A DNA stretch of 28,502 nucleotides from Octopus sinensis (Eukaryota), in contig NW_021833497.1 of the NCBI RefSeq assembly GCF_006345805.1, positions 1-28,502 of the forward strand, in the 5' to 3' direction. The position numbers were made by a program, and so were the translations under genes. Shown one piece after another: positions 21,627 through 28,502 of the stretch. Every line of letters starts with the position of its first letter. Positions within the stretch are counted from its first letter, which is position 1. Below the pieces are notes generated by a model, which worked only from the letters and a program-made list of their open reading frames with translations, had not been told where the DNA came from and did not search any database.

Positions 21627-23958
21627 TCAGTAGTTTTATTTTTATAGCGTGCTTTCACTTTACTACCGAGCACAGCTCTGTGTGCCTTGGGTATGTGCTG
21701 TGATTTGTTGTGATGCTCTGATGGTTATTGTATGGAAAGTGTTCTGCGTAGGATGTGTGCAGTGCCTAGTATTGCAATGTTCTGTATGTTATATGTGTTT
21801 GTAAGTCCTGGTGTTTTTGTTATGTATTTGTCTGAATATTTTTTTATCATGCCTAATGCACCTACTATGATAGGAATTGTTTCTGTTTTCAGATTCCACA
21901 TTCTAGTTACCTCTATTTCCAGGTCTTTGTATTTTGAGAGTTTCTCCATTTCTTTTAGAGACACGTTGTCATCAGCCGTATTGATACATCAATTAGAAAG
22001 CTTTTTTTCTTCATGATCTCTGACAACTATATCTGGTCTGTTGGCCTTAATTTCTCTATCTGTGTGTATCGGCATATCCCAGAGTATGGTTCTTTTTCTC
22101 GTTTTCTGTGACCTTTTCTGGTGTGTGCCTATACCATCTTTTCTGTTGTTATTCCATAATGTTGGCATAGCTTCCAATGTATGTAGGTTCCAACTCTGTC
22201 ATGTCTGTGAATATATTCCTTCTTAGCCAGGACTGGGCAGCTAGAGATAATATGATTTATTGTTTCTTGTCCATCTCCACATATTCTGCAGTTACTTGTA
22301 TATTTCTTTCATTTCATCATTTTTTGGTAATTTCTGGTGGGGAGGCTTTGGTCTTGTGCTGCAATTAAAAATCCCTCTGTTTCTGCTTTGAGTCTGAGCT
22401 TCTCAACCATTGCTGGGATTTTTCTTTGTCTATTTCTTTTGCGTTTAGTTTAGTCCAGTATTTACCATGAAGGGGCTTTTCTTGCCATCGTTTTATCATG
22501 GTTCGTTGCTGTTCTATTTTTAGTTTGGATTTCATTGTTTTTATAGCTTTTGTTGTTTCTTCTTCATTTCTTCTTCTTCTTTCTGTTTATTAGGTGGTAT
22601 GATTTCTTGTTTGTATTTGTCAGCTTCCTTAAATACTGAGAACAGTTTTTTTGTTTTGCTCGTGTTTTGCCGCTATCTGGATCAGTTTTCCTTCCTTCTG
22701 AGTAGATATTTTTGCAGTCCTATGGTGGTTATTTTATAGTATTTCCAGCTGTATAAGGCCTCTACCACCTTCTATACGTTGTATATATAGTCTTCTATGT
22801 CAGATTTTGGGTGATGCATCCTAGATCCTGTCATTATTTTTCTCGTTTTCCTATCTATTTTGGTCAGTTCATTTCGTGTCCAGTTAAGGATATTGTAGCT
22901 GTAACTTATAACTGGGACAGCTAAAGTGTTGATACCTATTATCTTGTTTTAGCATTGAGCTCTGTGTTTAGTATTGATCTAACTCGTCTTAATATTCTTT
23001 TTTTATTTTCTCTTTCATTTGTGTGTGTTGTGTCTTATCTAGTTCATGGATTCCTAAGTATTTGTAAGTTTGGCTTTGGTCTAATTCTTTTATTTCATTG
23101 GTTTTATCTAGTGTGATGTGTTACTCTTAACTAGTTTTCCTCTTTTCAGGGTTACTTGGCGCATTTTTCTAATCCAAATTTCATATCTATTTCTTTGGTA
23201 AACCCATGAACTGTCTTTAATAGTGTTTCCAGCTGTTTGTCATTTGCAGCTTATAGTTTTAGGTCATCCATATATAAAAGGTGGCTGATCGTTTTGCCGT
23301 AACATTTATATCCGCATCCAGTTCTATTTAGCATATCAGATAGAGGTGACAGTGCCAAGCAGAAAAGGAGTGGAGAGAGCGGTCTCCCTGAAATATTCCT
23401 CTTCTAATGGGGATGTCTTTGGTTTTCATGAGGTCCCTCTTTTTTTGGAGGTGTAGGACTGTTTGCCATTTATTCATAGAGTGCTCTATGAACTTTATGA
23501 TTGTTGGTGCTGTACTTTGTTAATGGCTGTGTTTCGAGGATCTGTGTGGGGGATGCTATCAAACGCCTTTTTGTAGTCAATCCAGGCCATACTGAGGCCT
23601 TTCTTCTTTCTGTGGCTGTCTTCAGTTATGGCTTTATTAATCATTAGTTGATCTTTACAGCCATATGAACCCTTGCGGCATCCTTTCTGCTCTTCTGGGA
23701 ACAGTTTGTTTTCGTCCAGGTGCTTGTTCAGCCTTTGTGATATCACTGCAGTAAATGCCTTGAACATAGTAGGGAGGCAGGTTATTGGTCTGTAGTTTTC
23801 TGGTTTTTCTGTTTCATTTAATTTGGGAATTAAGATGGTTTTCCCCTTCGTGAGCCATTCAGGCATTGTCTCTGGCTCTGCTAGTACGTTGTTAAAGTTT
23901 TTAGCCAGCTTTTTGTGCATTCCTAAAGTTTTCAGCCAGCTTTTGGTGCATTCCTTAG
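21627..23958 (-). mobile_element. 5'-truncated R4/Dong-clade non-LTR retrotransposon (RT, CCHC knuckle, restriction-like endonuclease), decayed
   Basis: ENYRPITCLPT, QKG, WIDYKKAFDSIPH, GIFQGD, YMDD (23263-23274), CRICG..H..SSC (22237-22290), RPDIVV and KYKDLEIEVTRMW; stops and frameshifts present. Confidence 0.9.
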
Positions 23959-23980
23959 ATTATTATTATTATGATTATTA

Positions 23981-24013
<33 letters not shown>

Positions 24014-24069
24014 CTACTATTATTATATTATTATTATTATTTATTATTATTATTATATTATTATTATTA

Positions 24070-24114
<45 letters not shown>

Positions 24115-24340
24115 TATTATCATTATTATATTATTATCATTATTATTATATTATTATTTATTATTATTATTATTATCATTACTATTATATTATTATTAAT
24201 ATTATTATTTTTATTATATTATTATATTATTTTATATTATCATTATTATTATTACTATTATTATTTTATCATTATTATTATTATTATATTATTATATATT
24301 ATATTTATTATTATTAATAATAATAATATTATTATTATTC
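23959..24340. repeat. Degenerate (ATT)n microsatellite at the LINE 5' junction
   Basis: Read directly from the sequence. Confidence 0.95.
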
Positions 24341-24670
24341 ATGTTAGTGTTCCTGCTTTGTTCGTTTTTGTTCTTAGTTCTATTCCCTTTGCTCTTAGTG
24401 TGTTGTTATTGTTGGTGCGTGTGCTGTTGCTGCTGCTACGGCTGCTGCTGCTTTTGCTAGCCTTTTTAAAATTGTTACTGTTGCCTTTATTGTTATTGTT
24501 GACAAAGCATTTTTCTTACCAAGTATTGCAAAAGAGTCGCATATATAACGGAGATTTGGAAAAATTCGATCAACTGTAACTAACCACACAAATACGAAAG
24601 ACAAATTACCCCCACAGTATATTTAGTATCAAAAGAAGAAAAAATTTAAGAAAATGACCAGTTGAATTAA

Positions 24671-26160
24671 ATACAAATATATCATCATCATCACCATCAT
24701 CCTCATCATCGTTTAACCTCAGCTTTCCATTCTAGCATGGGTTGGACCGTTTGACTGAGGACTGGCAAGCCAGAAGGTTGCACCAGGCTCCAATCTGATC
24801 TGGCAAGGTTTCTACAACTACAAGCTTTTCCTAACGCCAGCAACTCAGAGAGTATAGTGGGGGTATGGGGGGAAGTCAGGCGGCCCTGGCATCGACCACG
24901 CTCGAATGGTACCTTTCACGTGCCACCAGCACGGGAGCCAGTCAGGCGGCACTGGCATCGACCACGTTTGAATGGTGCCTTTTACGTGCCACCGGTACGG
25001 GAACCAGTCAGGCGGCACTGGCATCGACCATGTTCGAATGATGCTCTTTACGTGCCACCGGCACGGGTGCCAGTCAGGCCGAACTGGAATCGGCCACGAC
25101 TACGATTTCACTTGACACAACAGGTCTTCTCAAGCACAGCATATTGCTCGACGATCGAAGGGCACTTTTAAAAGGGCTGGTTATGCGATACTGGCATTGG
25201 CCACGGCTACGATCTCACTTGGCTTGCCGGCTCTTCCCAAACATAGCATATCTCCAAAATTTACGGTCGCTTACCATTGCCTCAGTGAGGCCCAAGGTTC
25301 GGAGGTTGTGCTTCACCACCTTATCCCAGGTCTTCCTGTGTTTACCTCTTCCACAGGTTCCCTTCACTGTTAAGGTATGATACTTGTTCACACAGCTCCT
25401 CATCCATAAGCACCACATAGCCACGCCAGCGCAGTCGTCTCTCTTGCACACCACATTTGATGCTTCTTATGTCCAACTTTTCTCTCGGAGTGCTTACACT
25501 CTTTGGTGTATGCACACTGACATTACTCATCCAGCAGAGCATACTAGCTTCATTTCTTTCAAGTCTACGCCTGTCATCAGCAGTCACAGCCCATGTTTCA
25601 CTGCCGTGTAGCATGGCAATTCGTACACATGCATCATACAATCTACCTTTCAATCTGAGCGAGAGGCCCTTTGTCACCAGCAGAGTAGGAGCTCTCTGAA
25701 CATTGCCCAGGCTATTCTTATTCTAGCAGCTACGCTCTCGAGCCATCCACTCCACTCCTGCTACTGACTTGGTCACCTAGGTAACGGAAGCTATCAACTA
25801 CTTCTAGTTTTTCCCCTGGCATGTGATGGAATCTGTTTTCTGTACATCTTCGGTGTTTGTTGCCCCTGTGCATCTTCCACACACAAAAACTATTTTCTCA
25901 GTTCCTTTGATAATGCTGCACCTCTTATGTGTCCATAGCTTACACCAGGTCCACGCTATGTAGTTTCTACCTACGCCTTCTCTACAAATAGAGCAAGACC
26001 ATGAACCTGAAGGGATCTGTGATTTGTCCGCCTTCCTATTTACTATGGCTTTGGTTTTTGCCAGATTAACTCTAAAACCCTTCGATTCTAGACTTTGCTT
26101 CCACATGTTTACATGACTTGTAGGGATTTTAACAGACATTGCATTGAAAATGGTCATTCG
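24671..26160 (-). mobile_element. 5'-truncated RTE-clade LINE (RT C-terminus, 3' UTR, (GAT)n tail), decayed
   Basis: WKQSLESKGFRVNLAKTK, FRYLG, KGRLYDACVRIAMLHGSETWA, RRLRW and GRGKHRKTW across shifted frames; (CAT)n at ~24681-24710. Confidence 0.85.
24874..25100. repeat. 66-bp minisatellite, ~3.4 copies, in the RTE 3' UTR
   Basis: AGTCAGGC starts at 24874, 24940, 25006 and 25072. Confidence 0.9.
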
Positions 26161-26367
26161 GAATGAAAGTCCAATAGTTCATGTATTACTTACTCAAATA
26201 GGAATGCTGGTGCGATTTCATACCAGCGTGAGATATACATACGTTTTTGCGTAAATAACATTTAAAGAAGGAACGAGTAACTCTCGTGAAGCTATCTTAT
26301 ATATATAATATATATGTGTGTTTTGTGTGTGGTTGCATGTGTATATACATACATACATATATATATA

Positions 26368-26409
<42 letters not shown>

Positions 26410-26970
26410 ACCTTCGAAACAAGCTGGAGTTGAACTAGGGACGGCTGATGAAGGGGATTTTCCTTGTGTAGTGTCTTGTACCCGTTGTTTTTTCGTTGTT
26501 AAAGGAATGGTCCGTTCCATGCTGTTTTTGCATGCTGTTTCTGTGGTGTCCTCTACAACGTATATATATTATATATGCTTGTATATATACATGTAGATGT
26601 AGGTACGTACATATATGTTTGTATGTATGCATATATTTATTTATACACATTGTATGACTGAGCGCCTTCGGTCGATCGATTCGATTCGTTTGGTTTCGTT
26701 TCTTCTTCTCTAAGCTGGTTTTATATATATATATATATATAATTAATCAATATAGGGTGCCAAAAAAAATTTTGTAGAATTTTTTTGCCACCAGCGGCCT
26801 AGTGGGAAAAAATTAAATAGTCATAGACCATTTTTAAGTCCAACATCAACAATCAAGGAACGGCCATAATAGGCCATTCACCCACTAGAAATAACAGCCA
26901 AAGCTTCAACCGCAAATTAAAATCAATTCCGTTAAACCAGGTGAAAATTTAAAAAACATCTTACCCTATA

Positions 26971-27077
26971 ATTTCTTATACGATGCACCGTTTCATCTGC
27001 TGTTTAATGGTAAACTAACCTGATTAAATTAAATCAAGCCAATCTTCCATAGGCCCTCAGATTCTTCAGTAAGAAAT
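26971..27077 (-). ncRNA. Type I hammerhead ribozyme with extended stem II
   Basis: ATTTCTTA-CTGAAGA-ATCTG-[58 nt]-CAGAT-GAAACGG-tgca-TCGT-A-TAAGAAAT. Stem I 8/8, stem II 5/5, stem III 4 bp, GUA site. Confidence 0.85.
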
Positions 27078-27459
27078 AGCCAAGTCGGAACAGATATTTT
27101 CACGAGGCATTTCCGACCCGGCCAAGGCATATCTGACCTAAAATTTTCAAATCATCGCACTCGCGCCAAAATTATCGGCGGCAGTAAATAAATATAAGCC
27201 GTCGATTCCATTACGGATTAACCATAAAATTCATAATTAATCAATATAGGTGCCAAAAAAAATTTTGTAGAATTTTTTGCCACCAGCGGCCTAGTGGGAA
27301 AAAATTAAATAGTCATAGACCATTTTTAGTTCAAACATCAACAATCAAGGAACGGCCATAATAGGCCATTCACCCACTAGAAATAACAGCCAAGCTTCAA
27401 CCGCAAATAAAAATCAATTCCGTAAACCAGGAGAAAATTTAAAAAACATTTACCCTGTA

Positions 27460-27564
27460 ATTTCTTATACGATGCACCGTTTCATCTGCGTTTAATGGTA
27501 AACTAACCTGATTAAATTAAATCAAGCCAATCTCCATAGGCCTTCAGATTCTTCAGTAAGAAAT
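27460..27564 (-). ncRNA. Type I hammerhead ribozyme with extended stem II (second monomer)
   Basis: Core and stems I-III are identical to 26971-27077; the differences lie in the stem II insert. Confidence 0.85.
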
Positions 27565-28086
27565 AGCCAAGCCGGAAAGATATTTTCACGAGGCATTTCC
27601 GACCCTGCCAAGGCAATATCTGACCTAAAATTTTCAAATCATCGCACTCGCGCCAAATTTATCGGCATTAAACAGCAGATGAAACGGTGCGTGCATCGAT
27701 AAGAAATTACAGGGTAAATGTTTTTTAAATTTTCTCCTGGTTTACGGAATTGATTTTTATTTGCGGTTGAAGCTTTGGCTGTTATTTCTAGTGGGTGAAT
27801 GGCCTATTATGGCCGTTCTTGATTGTTGATGTTGAACTTAAAAATGGTCTATGACTATTTAATTTTTTCCCACTAGGCCGCTGGTGGCAAAAAAATTCTA
27901 CAAAATTTTTTTTTGGCACCCTATATGATAATTATGGATTTTCTGGTTAATTCCGTAATGGAATCGACGGCTTATATTATTGCAGCCGATAATTTGGCGC
28001 GAGTGCGATGATTTGAAAATTTTAGGTCAGATATTGCCTTGGCAGGGTCGGAAATGCCTCGTGAAAATATCTGTTCCGACTTGGCT

Positions 28087-28190
28087 ATTTCTTACTGAAG
28101 AATCTGGGCCTATGGAAGATTGGCTTGATTTAATTTAATCAGGTTAGTTTACCATTAAACAGCAGATGAAACGGTGCATGTATAAGAAAT
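28087..28190 (+). ncRNA. Type I hammerhead ribozyme with extended stem II (inverted monomer)
   Basis: ATTTCTTA-CTGAAGA-ATCTG...CAGAT-GAAAC-ggtgcat-GT-A-TAAGAAAT; one C is missing in stem III relative to the other copies. Confidence 0.8.
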
Positions 28191-28502
28191 ACAGGGTAAA
28201 TGTTTTTTAAATTTTCTCCTGGTTTACGGAATTGATTTTATTGTGCGTTGAAGCTTGGCTGTTATTTCTAGTGGGTGAATGGCCTATTATGGCCGTTCCT
28301 TGATTGTTGATGTTGAACTTAAAAATGGTCTATGACTATTTAATTTTTCCACTAGGCCGCTGGTGGCAAAAAAATTCTACAAAATTTTTTTGCCACCCTT
28401 ATTGATTAATTATGAATTTTATGGTTAATTCCGTAATGGAATCGACGGCTTATATTTATTTGCAGCCGATAAATTTGGCGCGAGTGCGATGATTTGAAAT
28501 TT

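Larger units (their letters stand above)
26739..28502. mobile_element. ~490-bp HHR-bearing tandem repeat with head-to-head inversion (retrozyme-like)
   Basis: Unit 1 is 26739-27232 and unit 2 is 27233-27666 (partial). Reverse-complement units run from 27667 to the window end. The array starts at a (TA)n tract. Confidence 0.85.

Noticed and set aside
24755-24777. CTGAGGA-CTGG caag CCAG in the RTE tail
   Set aside because: Followed by AAGG and not GAAA; better explained as a LINE 3' stem-loop.
24874-25100. Regular repeats as a CRISPR array
   Set aside because: The units are contiguous with no unique spacers, and the context is a eukaryotic LINE UTR.
26445-26475. CTGATGA-A-GGGGA ttt TCCTT next to (TA)n
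   Set aside because: No downstream GAAA or stem III; at most a truncated relic.
28028-28080. Crossed helices suggesting an HDV-like ribozyme
   Set aside because: There is no room for P4 or J4/2 between the two 3' strands, and no catalytic C context.

Overview
AT-rich eukaryotic repeat DNA with no recognisable host gene. The microsatellite load and SINE families resemble those I recall from octopus genomes; this is an inference, not a database hit. Contents: many tRNA-derived SINEs (some nested, some with target-site duplications), a decayed IS630/Tc1/mariner transposase (DD35E), a MITE with an 8-bp TSD, a 5'-truncated R4/Dong-type LINE sitting in (TAA)n, a 5'-truncated RTE LINE with a PHD-like finger, and many simple repeats. 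Nearly all other listed ORFs are microsatellite or antisense artefacts. The main signal is a set of type I hammerhead ribozyme (HHR) motifs in at least five unrelated non-coding repeat families. The strongest is a ~490-bp tandem and inverted array (26739-28502) with one HHR per monomer and an unusual ~58-nt insert in stem II. It looks like a retrozyme or Penelope-type element that could yield ~489-nt self-cleaved, possibly circular, RNAs. All RNA folds were paired by eye, and none has been tested for activity.
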